From Trueperaceae bacterium (lineage in GTDB: Bacteria; Deinococcota; Deinococci; Deinococcales; Trueperaceae), in contig OZ243927.1 of NCBI GenBank assembly GCA_965213925.1, forward strand, positions 1,504,001 through 1,568,000: a stretch of 64,000 nt of DNA, in the 5' to 3' direction. Positions 9,016 to 19,818 of this stretch are shown here, one piece after another. The number at the start of each line of letters is the position of its first letter. Within the stretch, counting starts at the first letter, position 1. The translations under genes and the position numbers were made by a program. The notes beneath the pieces were generated by a model, which saw only the letters and a program-made list of their open reading frames with translations, was not told the DNA's origin and did not search any database.

Positions 9016-11046
9016 TTAACGCCTAAGTTGCGAGCGCACCTCTTCAACCGTCGTTACGGGTAATCTGCACGCGCCGCCTTCGCAGACGTAGACGGTTGGT
9101 TTGCCCTCTATTTGACCTCTCTCTTGTAAAAAAGGCAAATGAGGAATGAGCGGATCAGCTTGTTCAACCACAGCGAGTGCAGCAAAAGGTGAGGTGTGCT
9201 CGCGGACGGTTTGGAGAAGTTCGTGCACCTCTTCGCCCTCTTTGTTTCCGAAGATGGCGATTTCTCGAGGCTCACTCAACAACCGCTCTAACGCACCGAG
9301 CAGCGTCCCAAAGCCGTTAGGCTGCTGCCTCATTGCCTCTACCATCGGACTTATAGCCCCCGCCGCCAAATCTTCCCACTCACGGTTATCCGTATACCGC
9401 GATAGGGTCAAAAGAAGCTCCGCCGCCGCGCCGTTATCTGAGGGAACCGCCGCATCGAAGAAGTCTTTCGGGCGCACGATGAGCTTTTCTGCGTCATCGG
9501 CGGTGCTGAAAAAGCCGCTGTTTTCGGAATCAACAAAGTGCCGGGTAATCGTATCCGCGAGGTCTAAAGCGAGCAGCAACCACTGGCTGTCAAACGTCGC
9601 TTGGTAAAGTGCTACCAGTCCAAGCCCAAAGTAGGCGTAATCCTCTAAAAGCCCTGCAATCTTCGCTTCGCCGTTTTTATAAGAATGAAGTAAACGTCCC
9701 TCTTGCATCATCTCACGGCGGATGAACTCAGCGTTATTGACAGCAAGCTCGAGATAATCCTCTCGCCCCAAAATGCGCCCTGCATCGGCAAACGCGGCGA
9801 GCATCAAACCGTTCCAAGAGAGGAGGATTTTGTCGTCTAAGCCGGGGCGGATGCGCTTTTCTCTCGCGCTAAAAAGTACCTCATTGATATTCGCCAACCT
9901 CTTGTTAAATGCCTCTAAACTTATATCGAAACGCTTCGCCACCTCTTCTTTTGACTGCGTCACGTTAAGGATATTTTTACCTTCGAAGTTGCCCGCACTC
10001 GAAACGCCGTAATACGCCTTCGCAAGCGGCGCGTCCTCTTTTAAGAGGTCATCGACCTCTCCCTCATCCCAGACGTAAAACTTGCCTTCGACGCCCTCGG
10101 AGTCTGCATCCAACGCGCTGTAGAAACCGCCCGACGAGCCCAACATCTCCCGTTTGACCCACTCGAGCACCCCCACCGCCGTCTCTTTATAAAGAGGTCT
10201 ATCTGTCTGCTGATACGCCTTCAAGTAGCGCCTGACGAGTTGCGCGTTGTCGTAGAGCATCTTTTCAAAATGGGGTACGAGCCACACCGCGTCCACGCTG
10301 TAGCGGGCGAAGCCGCCGCCCAAGTGGTCGTAGATGCCGCCCCTAGCCATTTTTGCGAGGGTGAGGTCTGCCATCTCGAGGGCTTGTGGCTCGGGACGGT
10401 TGAGTAAAAAGTCTAAGGTGCTGTGAGGTGGAAACTTGGGCGCACCGCCGAAGCCGCCAGATGCTCTGTCGAAAGAGGTCTGCAAGTTTTGCAAGGCTGT
10501 TTCTAAAATGCCGGCATTAAGCTCACCGGGTTGGGTGGGAAGGCTCGAGAGCTGCCCCAAATACTGCGTCATCCCCTCCGCCGACTTCATCACCTCGTCG
10601 CGCCGCGTCCTCCAAGCGTTCGCGAGGCTCGTCAGCACGCGCTTAAAGCTCGGGTGTCCGTAGCGGTCTTCAGGTGGATAGTACGTTCCGCCGAAAAAAG
10701 GTTTGCCGTTCGGCGTCATCGCCACTGTCATTGGCCAGCCGCCCGCGCCCGTCATCGCTTGCACGGCGTTCATGTAGATGGCGTCCACGTCGGGGCGCTC
10801 TTCGCGGTCTACCTTGACGCTGACAAAATCTCGGTTCATGAGTTCCGCCGTCGCTTCATCTTCGAACGACTCGTGCGCCATCACGTGACACCAGTGGCAC
10901 GCCGAGTAGCCTACCGAAAGAAGGATGGGCTTGTCTTCCGCATGAGCTTTCGCAAACGCCTCTTCGCCCCACGGAAACCAGTCCACGGGGTTTTCGGCGT
11001 GTTGCAAGAGGTAAGGGCTCGTTTCGAACGCTAAACGGTTAGGCAT
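9016..11046 (-). CDS. yyaL: thioredoxin-domain/glycosidase-like protein, YyaL/SPATA20 family
   Basis: [48 protein letters not shown]. Confidence 0.93.
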   Translation of the reverse strand: MPNRLAFETSPYLLQHAENPVDWFPWGEEAFAKAHAEDKPILLSVGYSACHWCHVMAHESFEDEATAELMNRDFVSVKVDREERPDVDAIYMNAVQAMTGAGGWPMTVAMTPNGKPFFGGTYYPPEDRYGHPSFKRVLTSLANAWRTRRDEVMKSAEGMTQYLGQLSSLPTQPGELNAGILETALQNLQTSFDRASGGFGGAPKFPPHSTLDFLLNRPEPQALEMADLTLAKMARGGIYDHLGGGFARYSVDAVWLVPHFEKMLYDNAQLVRRYLKAYQQTDRPLYKETAVGVLEWVKREMLGSSGGFYSALDADSEGVEGKFYVWDEGEVDDLLKEDAPLAKAYYGVSSAGNFEGKNILNVTQSKEEVAKRFDISLEAFNKRLANINEVLFSAREKRIRPGLDDKILLSWNGLMLAAFADAGRILGREDYLELAVNNAEFIRREMMQEGRLLHSYKNGEAKIAGLLEDYAYFGLGLVALYQATFDSQWLLLALDLADTITRHFVDSENSGFFSTADDAEKLIVRPKDFFDAAVPSDNGAAAELLLTLSRYTDNREWEDLAAGAISPMVEAMRQQPNGFGTLLGALERLLSEPREIAIFGNKEGEEVHELLQTVREHTSPFAALAVVEQADPLIPHLPFLQERGQIEGKPTVYVCEGGACRLPVTTVEEVRSQLRR

Positions 11047-11306
11047 AAAACAACCCTAGCGTGAGGTACATCGGAAGTGAGTAAGCCGAGGCACGCTAGG
11101 GCAAAAACACTGAAAAGGTGATGTCGCATATCGCGATGCGTGAAGTAAGAGAACTTCAGTGTTGGGTGAGTCTACCTGTTAGCCCCCCGCCAGTTGCTGA
11201 CAAATGTGAACTTTTTACTTCACGCACTCTTTACAGACTTCACAAGCTCTTTAGACTTCTCACGCACCGGCGCAAGAGGCGTTAATCTGAGAAGCGCATG
11301 AGCTTA

Positions 11307-11606
11307 TTACAGTGCTTCCTCACCCATCCGCGCTTCGTCGTCGGTGTCCTCGGGTGGGTTATCGAGCCGCTCGTACACGTCAACGAGCGTGTTGTAGATG
11401 TCTCTGGCGTCCTCGCTCTGGCTCATCTCCATCCAGTCGAGCGCGTCCGCGATGAGGTCCTCCAGCTGCCGCGCTAAGCCGTCACGCTTGGCGGCTTCGT
11501 TCGACTCTTCGTCCAGCATGTGCGGCACGTCGCTGGCGTTGCCGTCGCGCTCACGCGCTTCGTCATCGGTGTTGTATCTCATTTCCTCTTTGTTGCTGTC
11601 ATCCAT
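11307..11606 (-). CDS. small acidic hypothetical protein
   Basis: AGGAGG RBS, very D/E-rich 99-aa ORF, tandem stop codons. Confidence 0.7.
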   Translation of the reverse strand: MDDSNKEEMRYNTDDEARERDGNASDVPHMLDEESNEAAKRDGLARQLEDLIADALDWMEMSQSEDARDIYNTLVDVYERLDNPPEDTDDEARMGEEAL

Positions 11607-11781
11607 GATGGTCCTCCTAGTAAGGGGAGTTTACGCAATTGCTCAGGTCACATCTGTATCGTGCTCCGAATTACTCCGGTACGGTGGTCAGCATCGAGAA
11701 TTCAGTAGTCCACAGCTCGTCCTATGCCGAATGCTGATACCTGACTACTTGACCGAAGAGCCTCGAGCTTACAATACCCTT

Positions 11782-12426
11782 ATGCCCGATAAGTCCATCG
11801 CCGATTTGCGCCAGAACTACACGCTGAAACGCTTGGAGCCAAACACCCTCAACCCTGACCCCATCGAACAATTTAGGGTTTGGTTGGATGAAGCTATTGA
11901 GGCGGAGTTGCTCGAGCCCAACGCCATGACCTTAGCCACCGTGAACGGAAGAGGTCAACCGTCGGCGCGAATTGTTTTACTGAAAGGGTTGGACGAAAGA
12001 GGCTTTGTTTTTTACAGCAACTACGAAAGTGACAAAGCGCAAGATATGGCGGAGAATTCGAACGTGGCGCTGGTATTTAACTGGTTAGGATTAGAGCGGC
12101 AAGTGCGGATTCGCGGAGAGGTGAGCAAAGTTTCACGTGAAGCGTCGCTCGCCTACTTCAAAAGCCGCCCGCACGCCTCGCAGCTCGGCGCGTGGGCGTC
12201 GCATCAAAGCCGGGTGATCGAGAAACGAGAGGTGTTGGAGAAGAGGTTGGCGGAGCTTCAAGAGGAGTACGAAGAGGGTGAGGTGCCGCTGCCCGAGTTT
12301 TGGGGCGGCTACGTGGTGACACCCTTTGCAGTTGAGTTTTGGCAGGGGAGACCGAGCCGCTTGCACGATAGGTTTTTGTACACGCGAAAGGGCGAAGCTT
12401 GGCAGATTAAGCGGTTATCGCCTTGA
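11782..12426 (+). CDS. pdxH: pyridoxamine 5'-phosphate oxidase
   Basis: Start MPDKSIADLRQNY after TACAAT-N6; EPNAMTLAT, RIVLLKG, EFWQGRPSRLHDR, RLSP. Confidence 0.95.
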   Translation: MPDKSIADLRQNYTLKRLEPNTLNPDPIEQFRVWLDEAIEAELLEPNAMTLATVNGRGQPSARIVLLKGLDERGFVFYSNYESDKAQDMAENSNVALVFNWLGLERQVRIRGEVSKVSREASLAYFKSRPHASQLGAWASHQSRVIEKREVLEKRLAELQEEYEEGEVPLPEFWGGYVVTPFAVEFWQGRPSRLHDRFLYTRKGEAWQIKRLSP

Positions 12427-12500
12427 TCTTTTGTAGTGGTTCGAGAAAGCTACAGGCGTTCATCACAACAGTCAGCAGTGAAGCGAAAGGTTGAATCTCG

Positions 12501-13025
12501 GTGATTACAGAAAAGGTACGCCTAAGACCCGTTGAACATTCAGACTTGCCCTTATTGGCTAAATGGCGTAATGACCCAACGCACAACTCCGAGTACAACA
12601 TGTTTGGGTTTCAGCCGGTGGGACAGCTCGAGGAACAATTCAACAAAAACGGCCTACTTGATCCTCGCGGTGGCACTTTAGTCGTATTAGAAAGCAGAGC
12701 TGAAGACGTAGCTGGAAGCGTTAGTTACCACAGAGTTGTATACGGTCCGAACGAAGGAAGCCAAGCTTACAATATCGGCATAACCTTGAGTCCCAAATTT
12801 CGCGGAAAGGGTTATGGCACCGAGGCGCAGCGACTCTTCGCAGACTACCTGTTTTCAACCTACACCGTGATGCGTGTAGAGGCGTCAACCGATGTTGCTA
12901 ACGTAGCAGAGCAGCAGGCTTTGATAAAGGCTGGGTTTACGCGCGAAGGCGTAGCACGTAAAGCTCAGTGGCGCGCGGGCGACTGGCATGACCTCATCGT
13001 CTATAGCAAGCTTAGAGGTGAGTAA
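12501..13025 (+). CDS. GNAT acetyltransferase, RimJ/RimL family
   Basis: FRGKGYGTEA acetyl-CoA motif, GFTREG. Confidence 0.85.
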   Translation: MITEKVRLRPVEHSDLPLLAKWRNDPTHNSEYNMFGFQPVGQLEEQFNKNGLLDPRGGTLVVLESRAEDVAGSVSYHRVVYGPNEGSQAYNIGITLSPKFRGKGYGTEAQRLFADYLFSTYTVMRVEASTDVANVAEQQALIKAGFTREGVARKAQWRAGDWHDLIVYSKLRGE

Positions 13026-13082
13026 AAGTGCCAAAGCTAACTCGGGGATAGCGTTCAAGAGAGGAAAAAATCGCGAACAAAA

Positions 13083-13299
13083 GAGATGAGAACTTAATTG
13101 AGCAATGTGTAACTTACGCCCTCGAGCACGCCGGGCGGTTCCACCTCATGAAGAACGTACCTGCGTGTGTGAATGAGGAGACGGGCGAGCAGTTTTCGCT
13201 CCTGCGATAGTAGAGCGCTTGCAGCGGATGATTTTAGACGAGCAGAAGCCGAGCCGAACAATCGAAACGCCTGTGTATGAATTTGACGAGGTTGCTTAG
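13083..13299 (+). pseudogene. frameshifted YgiT-type zinc-finger-like (antitoxin-like) gene
   Basis: ENLIEQCVTYALEHAGRFHLMKNVPACVNEETGEQF, frameshift in a T run, then APAIVERLQRMILDEQKPSRTIETPVYEF; no clear start. Confidence 0.7.
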
Positions 13300-13445
13300 C
13301 CGCTAAACCAGACCTCGCATCTTCGGTGCTAGACTACTCGACAGGTTGGGTACACAAAATTCCTGATACCCTCTGGTATTTTCTCGTCTAACATATGTTG
13401 AGTGCGCGTCTCGAGCTACTTCAACACAGCTTGTGGAGGGATAAG

Positions 13446-13823
13446 GTGAACGGGTTCCTAATCGCCGCAGGACTGCTAGCGCTCTTAACGAGCGGCGTCC
13501 ATATCTTTTTAGGTGGTAGAGACGTCGCGAGACCCCTTCTCGAGGCGCGTTTGGAGGACGAGATCAAGTACACCCTCTACGCTTGCTGGCACTTCGCCTC
13601 TATCTTCTTTGTCCTATCGTCAGCACTTTTTCTTTTGGGAGGGCTCGGTACGGTGAATCTAGGCGCAACTGTAGTCGCGTCCGCCTCGAGCCTCTATATC
13701 GTCTTTGGGCTTATCTTTCTGAATGTCAAGTATTTTGTTTCCGAACCGGGTGGTCTCTCTCGCCTGCCGCAGTGGATACTCCTCACTCCGGTAGGCATCC
13801 TCGGCTTGTTGGGGCTAGTCTAG
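13446..13823 (+). CDS. small integral membrane protein
   Basis: GGAGG then GTG 13446; about 4 TM segments; HIFLGG and ACWH, PQW motifs. Confidence 0.7.
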   Translation: MNGFLIAAGLLALLTSGVHIFLGGRDVARPLLEARLEDEIKYTLYACWHFASIFFVLSSALFLLGGLGTVNLGATVVASASSLYIVFGLIFLNVKYFVSEPGGLSRLPQWILLTPVGILGLLGLV

Positions 13824-13844
13824 CCTCAACCACTCCTAATCTAC

Positions 13845-15068
13845 TCAGCCGCTTACAAGCGCAGGCTCCGCGCGCTCCATGCTCGCAAAAACCTCCCTAA
13901 ACTGCGCAATCGCCCAGTCTAGCTCAGCCTTCTCGATAACTAAGGGCGGCGCAAAGCGAATCACATTTTTGCGGGTCTCTTTGCAGAGCAAGCCGCGCTC
14001 GGCTAGAGCTTCGCAGTACTTTCTGGCGTCTTCTGAGAGTTCAACCGCAATGAAGAGACCTCTTCCGCGCACCTCTTTGATCTTGGGGTAGTCGATGCTT
14101 TGAAGCGCTTCTAAAGCGTAGCGCCCTAGCTCCCTTGACCTCTCGACTAAGCCCTCATCCACCAAAATCGCCAGCGCCTCCCGCGCGACGGCGGCTCCGA
14201 GTGGATTGCCCGCGAAGGTGCTGCCGTGATCACCCGCTTGGAAACGTCCTAAAATCTCGCGATTGGCGAGGACAGCGGAGACAGGATAAAAGCCGCCACT
14301 TAGGGCTTTGCCCAGGATGACCATGTCGGCTTTGACGCCCTCGAGCCCCGACGCCGTCAGCCCTCCGGCACGTCCCAAACCTGCCTGTATCTCATCCGCG
14401 ATAAAGAGCACGTTGTTGTCGCGGCAAAGCTCCTCTAACCCTTTCAAAAAGCCCGCTGGCGGCATCACCACGCCCGCTTCGCCCTGAATCGGCTCGATGA
14501 GGACCGCTACCGTGTTGCCGTTCATCGCCTCTTTGACCGCGTCTAAAACGCCATAGGGGACGCTCCGAAACCCCGGCGTGAAAGGTCCGAAGTCCTGCTT
14601 GTACTGCGCCTCACTGCTGAAGCCGACGACGGTGGTTGTGCGCCCGTGGAAGTTGCCGTCAAAGACGATGATTTCAGCTCTATTGTCGGGGATATCTTTA
14701 GTTTGATAGCCCCACTTACGCGCAGCTTTAATCGCGGTCTCGACAGCTTCCGCGCCCGTGTTCATCGGGAGCGCCATTTCAAAGCCCATCAACTCGCAGA
14801 GGTCCCGGAGGAATAAGCCCATCTGGTCGTTGCGAAAGGCGCGAGAGGTCAGCGTCACCTGCCCCATCTGCTCGATCATCGCCCGCTGCAAACGCGGGTG
14901 TCCGTGCCCCTGGTTGACCGCCGAGTACGCGCTCAGCCCGTCGAGATAGCGTCTGCCCTCCACGTCGTGGAGCCACACGCCCTCCGCCTTCTGCACGACG
15001 ATGTCGAGCGGCTTGTAGATGCGTGCGCCGTAGTGCTCGTCTAGGTTGATGTAGTCTTGCGTGTTCAT
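13845..15068 (-). CDS. rocD: ornithine--oxo-acid aminotransferase
   Basis: YSAVNQGH, LTSRAF, PMNTGAEAVETAIK, NFHGRT, EPIQGEAG, DEIQ, GKALSGG. Confidence 0.93.
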   Translation of the reverse strand: MNTQDYINLDEHYGARIYKPLDIVVQKAEGVWLHDVEGRRYLDGLSAYSAVNQGHGHPRLQRAMIEQMGQVTLTSRAFRNDQMGLFLRDLCELMGFEMALPMNTGAEAVETAIKAARKWGYQTKDIPDNRAEIIVFDGNFHGRTTTVVGFSSEAQYKQDFGPFTPGFRSVPYGVLDAVKEAMNGNTVAVLIEPIQGEAGVVMPPAGFLKGLEELCRDNNVLFIADEIQAGLGRAGGLTASGLEGVKADMVILGKALSGGFYPVSAVLANREILGRFQAGDHGSTFAGNPLGAAVAREALAILVDEGLVERSRELGRYALEALQSIDYPKIKEVRGRGLFIAVELSEDARKYCEALAERGLLCKETRKNVIRFAPPLVIEKAELDWAIAQFREVFASMERAEPALVSG

Positions 15069-15166
15069 GCCTCTATTATTGAGCGAAGCCTGCGCAAGTG
15101 GAAGACGAAAATCGTTACAATAGACCGTGCTCGCTTCAGAAACTGTTGTTAAAAGCGTTTCATACT

Positions 15167-15592
15167 ATGGAAAATAAATTGCTAGACGCGACTAACGAGA
15201 AGATACTCTCCATCCTCACGGCGAACGCTAGGGCGAGCTACAGCGCCATCGCGCAAGAGGTCGGGCTGAGTGCGCCTGCGGTCAAGGAGCGGATGCGGAG
15301 GCTCGAGGACGCGGGCGTCATCACGGGCTACCGCGTAGAGGTGAATCAGCAGAGGCTCGGCAAGCCCATCGGCGCGTTTATTCTCGTCGCGGTTCCGTAC
15401 AGCCAAGAAAAAGCCTTCGTGCGCTTCGTGAACCAAACCGAGGCGATTGGGAGTTGTCATCACCTCGTAGGAGATAGCGCGTTTATCTTACAGGTCAGAC
15501 TTGAAAGTATGGAGGCGCTAGAGACGCTGCTGAGCGCCTGCATGCGTTTCGGGCAGACGACGACGCACATGCTCTTGTCAAAGGTGAAGTGA
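15167..15592 (+). CDS. Lrp/AsnC family regulator, divergent from rocD
   Basis: NARASYSAIAQEVGLSAPAVKERMRRLEDAGVI HTH plus C-terminal RAM domain. Confidence 0.92.
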   Translation: MENKLLDATNEKILSILTANARASYSAIAQEVGLSAPAVKERMRRLEDAGVITGYRVEVNQQRLGKPIGAFILVAVPYSQEKAFVRFVNQTEAIGSCHHLVGDSAFILQVRLESMEALETLLSACMRFGQTTTHMLLSKVK

Positions 15593-15703
15593 CGGTAGAC
15601 CGAGCCCCGCCCCTTAAGTGCGTGTATAAAGAAGTGTGACCGCTCATCTTTGCTTACTGCCGACGCTGACGCTCGCTTCACATGAACAAACTCAGCGGAT
15701 GAC

Positions 15704-16396
15704 ATGAATTACGCAGAGATAAGGAAACTGTCGCTAAAGGTCTTCATCGGCTTTTTAGTGCTCACGGCGCTCATCGCGATTGTCTCTGTTGTCAGCGGCG
15801 ACTTTGGCGACTTTCAACTTAAAGTGATTGCTACGACCTTTGCGGTGGCGACCTCGAGCATCTGTGCAATGTCATGTGCCGCGTTCATCGAAAAGCGCAA
15901 CCGGAAAAAGCTCGGGCTCATCGGCATTGCCTTCTCGGTGGTTGCTGCGCTCATGGTTATTTTGGGTGCGTGGACAGAAGCGGACAGTGAGGTCTACTGG
16001 AAGCTCACTACGAGCGCCATCATCTTCGCTATCGCTTTTGCCCACGCTTTTTTGCTCGCTCTGCCGAAGTTGGAGCGAAGCCAGACCTGGCTTCAGCGCG
16101 TCTCCTCGGTAGCGATTGGCGTTCTCGCTCTGCAAATTGTCGTGGCGGTGTGGGGCGAGGTTGAAGCTGAAGGCTACTTTAGGCTGCTCGCGGTGGTTGC
16201 CATTGTCGTTGGTTTGGTGACGCTCGTCATTCCCATTTTGGTGCGGTGGCAGCGAAGTGAGGGTGAACAAGAGGGCGGCGCAAAACAGGATTCGTTAGCG
16301 TTAGAACGAGTTGAGGGTGACGTGTATAGAGATGCTACTGGCAGGAGGTACACCGTGAAAGAGGTTGATGGGGAGGCTCGAGCAGACAAACGCTAA
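15704..16396 (+). CDS. hypothetical membrane protein (about 6 TM)
   Basis: Six hydrophobic segments and a polar tail. Confidence 0.7.
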   Translation: MNYAEIRKLSLKVFIGFLVLTALIAIVSVVSGDFGDFQLKVIATTFAVATSSICAMSCAAFIEKRNRKKLGLIGIAFSVVAALMVILGAWTEADSEVYWKLTTSAIIFAIAFAHAFLLALPKLERSQTWLQRVSSVAIGVLALQIVVAVWGEVEAEGYFRLLAVVAIVVGLVTLVIPILVRWQRSEGEQEGGAKQDSLALERVEGDVYRDATGRRYTVKEVDGEARADKR

Positions 16397-16989
16397 ACCA
16401 AACCCCACACCTTCAGTACATGCATTAAAGGTGGCAGTGGTTCTTGCCAGAGCCAAGCGGTATCAAGCTCGAGCCCTTTTAATACCTCACTGTGAAAGAC
16501 ATCTTCATCTAACGGTATAGCCTGATAGACGCCCCGCTCGTCTAGGAAATAAAATTCCACTTGCTCACGTTCAGGGTCGATCAGCCAATACTCCTTAACG
16601 CCTGCTTGTTCGTACTCAAGGAACTTGGTTTGTCGGTCTCTCTTGCGGCTTTCGGGGCTGACGATTTCAACGGCGAGGTCAGCAGGACCGACGAGGCGGT
16701 TCTTTTTAACTCTATCAAGGTTTTCTTTAGCGACAAAAAGAATGTCAGGTTCGCGTCCCGACGTAGCTAACTTCATCTGAAACGCAGCCGAACGTACTTT
16801 GCCTAAACCATGTTCCTCCACGAAGATACGCATAAGCGCGGTTAAGAAGTCAGAGAGGTCTTGATGACGGTCTGAGGGGGGGCTCATCAGGATGACCTTA
16901 CCATCCACCCACTCCGCCGCCGTGTCTTCGTCTGCCCACTCGAGAAACGCCTCGTAGCTCATCTCGAGGGGTTGCGCTTTAACCGTCAT
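16393..16989 (-). CDS. Uma2 (DUF820) family endonuclease-like protein
   Basis: EWVDG, EPD, DLAVEIVSPES, GVKEYWLIDP. Confidence 0.92.
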   Translation of the reverse strand: MTVKAQPLEMSYEAFLEWADEDTAAEWVDGKVILMSPPSDRHQDLSDFLTALMRIFVEEHGLGKVRSAAFQMKLATSGREPDILFVAKENLDRVKKNRLVGPADLAVEIVSPESRKRDRQTKFLEYEQAGVKEYWLIDPEREQVEFYFLDERGVYQAIPLDEDVFHSEVLKGLELDTAWLWQEPLPPLMHVLKVWGLV

Positions 16990-17164
16990 GGCTCATTATA
17001 GCGGTTCACTTGGGGACTGTGTCACACAGGTGTCATCTACTAACGTGAGTGCTTAGCAGTGTTCTCTACCGTGAGCGTGTTCGTGACCAGATGAAGTCCA
17101 GCTAGCCAACCCGCTAGGCTTCGCCTGAGAAAGGCTGAGCGAAGCTATACGAAGCAACCTGCTA

Positions 17165-17383
17165 TCACTTCCCAAAGAGGTTCGGCAACTCCTCTAACTC
17201 GACAAGCGCATCCCTCGGCTTACTCCCCATGGGCGGACCTACGACCTCTAATGCTTCTAACGAATCCATCAATTTACCTGCGCGGGCGTGACCGACGCTC
17301 AAACGGCGCTGGAGCCGCGATACACTCGCCCGACCTTCGTTGATGACCAACTCGGCGGCTTCGCGGAATCGGTCATCGTTCAC
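17165..17383 (-). pseudogene. ftsK: orphan FtsK gamma (C-terminal winged-helix) domain fragment
   Basis: [36 protein letters not shown]...GSKPR; no motor domain upstream. Confidence 0.75.
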
Positions 17384-17471
17384 TATGAAGGCTCTGTGCT
17401 CTATGACGCTGACTGATACCGTTTCCGGGTAATTCCCAAAGGAATTACCCCGAGTGTAACGAGTTGAAAAA

Positions 17472-17539
17472 ATACGGATTCCGGTTGTGAACGGAAGAAA
17501 CGCGCTAGAGTTTATGCAGTGTTCAACCGGAATCCGTAT
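17472..17539. repeat. Deinococcus-type small non-coding repeat with 16-bp terminal inverted repeats
   Basis: ATACGGATTCCGGTTG...CAACCGGAATCCGTAT; a second hairpin lies at about 17426-17451. Confidence 0.7.
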
Positions 17540-17552
17540 GAAAGGCTCGAGT

Positions 17553-18617
17553 TCAGCGCAAGAACTCCTGAATGTCTCTATTATGCGCTTCGAAGGTCAC
17601 GTTAGGGCGGAACTCACCGCCGCGCCCGTGTAAAAAGTAAAAGTAAGGCTGACCCTCGGCGTTGAGGCGCTGAGGCGTAAGTACGACCTGGAGCGCCGCC
17701 CGTCCAGGATTGCCGATCGGACCCGGCGGCAGACCTCTTTGCACGTAGGTGTTCCAGGGATGCTCCGCCTCGAAGTCGCCCGCGCTCCTGTCCAACTCGG
17801 GCAGGCGTTTGCCGAGACCATACGCCACTGTAGGGTCGGATTGGAGCGGCATCCCTTCGTCTAAACGGTTGAGAAAAACGCCCGCAATCACGGGCATTTC
17901 GTCGTGGTTGCCCGCTTCGGCTTGGACGATGCTAGCGAGCGTGACCCAGTCGTGAACGCTCAAGTTAAGAGACGCCAATGCCGACTCGATCTCCGGCGTA
18001 AGTTCACGCTCGAAACGCTGCACCATCGTGCTCAACGCCTCTTCGGAGGTGCTGCGAATCGGAAACTCGTAAGAGGCAGGAAAGAGGTAGCCCTCTAAAC
18101 CGACGCCTTCGGGTACATAGTTTGGGCGCAGCTCACCCGGCGAGAGGATGGTCTGCATCAGCCCTTCTTCCTCACCGAGACCCGCCTCCTCGAGCCGCGA
18201 CGCCACCCGCACACTACGAAAGCCTTCGGGGATGGTGACGCCTGTAACCCTCGGACGCCCGCCCGCCTCTAACGCCTCGGCAACTTCGTGGGCGCTCATC
18301 GCAGGGCTCAGATCATAGAGCCCTTCGCCGACCTGCGTGTCGGTTCCTTCATAACGCAGCCAGAGCGAGAAGAAACGCGCGTTACGGACTAAATCCGCCT
18401 CGGCGAGTTCCCGCGCCACCCGTGACGCGCCCCAACCCGGCAAGATTTCGAACTCGGTTGTCTGCGTTGCCGATTCATCTATAGGCGCAAGCTGCTGACG
18501 TACAAAGAGAATGCTCGCTAAAGCCAGCGCGAGAACGAAAAAAACTGCGACGAGCACGCCGCGCACAAGAGGTCGGGAAGAACGCTGACGCGGTGAAGAG
18601 GTCGGAATGTCACTCAC
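17553..18617 (-). CDS. mltG: endolytic transglycosylase
   Basis: N-terminal [32 protein letters not shown]...[11 protein letters not shown]. Confidence 0.93.
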   Translation of the reverse strand: MSDIPTSSPRQRSSRPLVRGVLVAVFFVLALALASILFVRQQLAPIDESATQTTEFEILPGWGASRVARELAEADLVRNARFFSLWLRYEGTDTQVGEGLYDLSPAMSAHEVAEALEAGGRPRVTGVTIPEGFRSVRVASRLEEAGLGEEEGLMQTILSPGELRPNYVPEGVGLEGYLFPASYEFPIRSTSEEALSTMVQRFERELTPEIESALASLNLSVHDWVTLASIVQAEAGNHDEMPVIAGVFLNRLDEGMPLQSDPTVAYGLGKRLPELDRSAGDFEAEHPWNTYVQRGLPPGPIGNPGRAALQVVLTPQRLNAEGQPYFYFLHGRGGEFRPNVTFEAHNRDIQEFLR

Positions 18618-18622
18618 GTGAG

Positions 18623-19060
18623 CTAGCCTACCTCATTTTCGGACGAAAGCCTAGCGAGATAACTCTCTAAGATAAGGATAGCCGACGCCTCGTCCACGCG
18701 CCCTTTGCTCTGGCGTTTGGTTTTAGGGAGCCCGCTCTGCGTGATGCCTTGCGTGGCGATGCGGGTAGTGAAGCGTTCGTCCTCTAAAACGACCTTGAAG
18801 CCGCGCTTTTCCAGTTCCTTCGCAAAACTCCGCACCCTGACAGTCTGTTTAGAATCCGTCCCATCACTCCGTTTAGGTAAACCGATAACGAGATACGACG
18901 CGCCCTCTCGCTGCATAAGGTCTTGGAGTTCGGCTGCGTCGTTCTTCAACTTCTTGCGCGTGATGAAGCCGCGACCGAAGGCGAAGTGTGAACCCACCTC
19001 ACCCCTCGCTAAGCCGATGCGGGCGTCGCCTACGTCCAGAGCGAGAACGACCTCAGGCAC
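18623..19060 (-). CDS. ruvX: Holliday junction resolvase-like/pre-16S rRNA nuclease RuvX (YqgF)
   Basis: LALDVGDARIGLA, IGLP, DERFTT, DEASAILILESYL; between alaS and mltG. Confidence 0.93.
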   Translation of the reverse strand: MPEVVLALDVGDARIGLARGEVGSHFAFGRGFITRKKLKNDAAELQDLMQREGASYLVIGLPKRSDGTDSKQTVRVRSFAKELEKRGFKVVLEDERFTTRIATQGITQSGLPKTKRQSKGRVDEASAILILESYLARLSSENEVG

Positions 19061-19811
19061 GAGCGACCTCTTCGTACGCGCTTAGCGCCTTCTCTCTATC
19101 TTCCGGTTTGGGTTCGGGAAAGCGGCGCGGGATAGAGGAGAGCAGCGCTCTAAAGTCGGCGGGAGTTTGGGACGCGAGTCCCCTCGAGCTTAAAAAGGTC
19201 TGCACCTGCTCTAACTTCATCATAGACGTTAACCTCGCCTCATTCTGAAGCTGCGCGGCTGGCGGCAACCAGTGTTCAGGAAGGGTATCCAAACCGCGCA
19301 GAGAACGCACTTGGTCGGTCAGGAGCTTGCGGTAGGTCTCGTTTTTCAGCGTTAAAAGGTCGCGCAGGAGTCTTTCATGACGTTCTGAGCGCTCCTTAAC
19401 AACCTCTTCCGTCGCGATAGAATTTCCCGTCAAGCTGAAGAGGTCGGCGAGGTATTGAATGCGCGGCAGGTGAAAGCCGAAAGCGAGGAAACCTAAGTTG
19501 GTAGAGAGGCTAGAGCGGTCTAAGATATTCGCGACGTAGACGAAATTGGTGACGGTGTCGGTGGCTTGCTGCTCGAGGATAACAACCTCTTTTGGGACAT
19601 CGAAGTTGCGTATCAGATACCGTTTTATGTACTCGGCTTCGGAAGGGAGGTCTGCGCCACCTGTGCGCCCACCCGTGATGACGATGCGCTCGGCTTCGCC
19701 GTGCTGATAAAGCATCCCCGCCGCTAGCGCGTTGAGGCGTGCATGAACGTTGAGGTTGAACGTCTCGTCTGCCTGGACGGGTCCATAACCAAAAACAATA
19801 AGCGTCATCAT
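19053..19811 (-). CDS. YdcF/DUF218 family protein
   Basis: ITGG, SEAE, EQQATDTVTN, FHLPR. Confidence 0.75.
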   Translation of the reverse strand: MMTLIVFGYGPVQADETFNLNVHARLNALAAGMLYQHGEAERIVITGGRTGGADLPSEAEYIKRYLIRNFDVPKEVVILEQQATDTVTNFVYVANILDRSSLSTNLGFLAFGFHLPRIQYLADLFSLTGNSIATEEVVKERSERHERLLRDLLTLKNETYRKLLTDQVRSLRGLDTLPEHWLPPAAQLQNEARLTSMMKLEQVQTFLSSRGLASQTPADFRALLSSIPRRFPEPKPEDREKALSAYEEVARA

Positions 19812-19818
19812 TGCGACT

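Noticed and set aside
11398..11781. 128-aa N-terminal extension of pdxH in the ORF track
   Set aside because: Antisense to the 99-aa acidic gene; pdxH homology and a -10 hexamer point to ATG 11782
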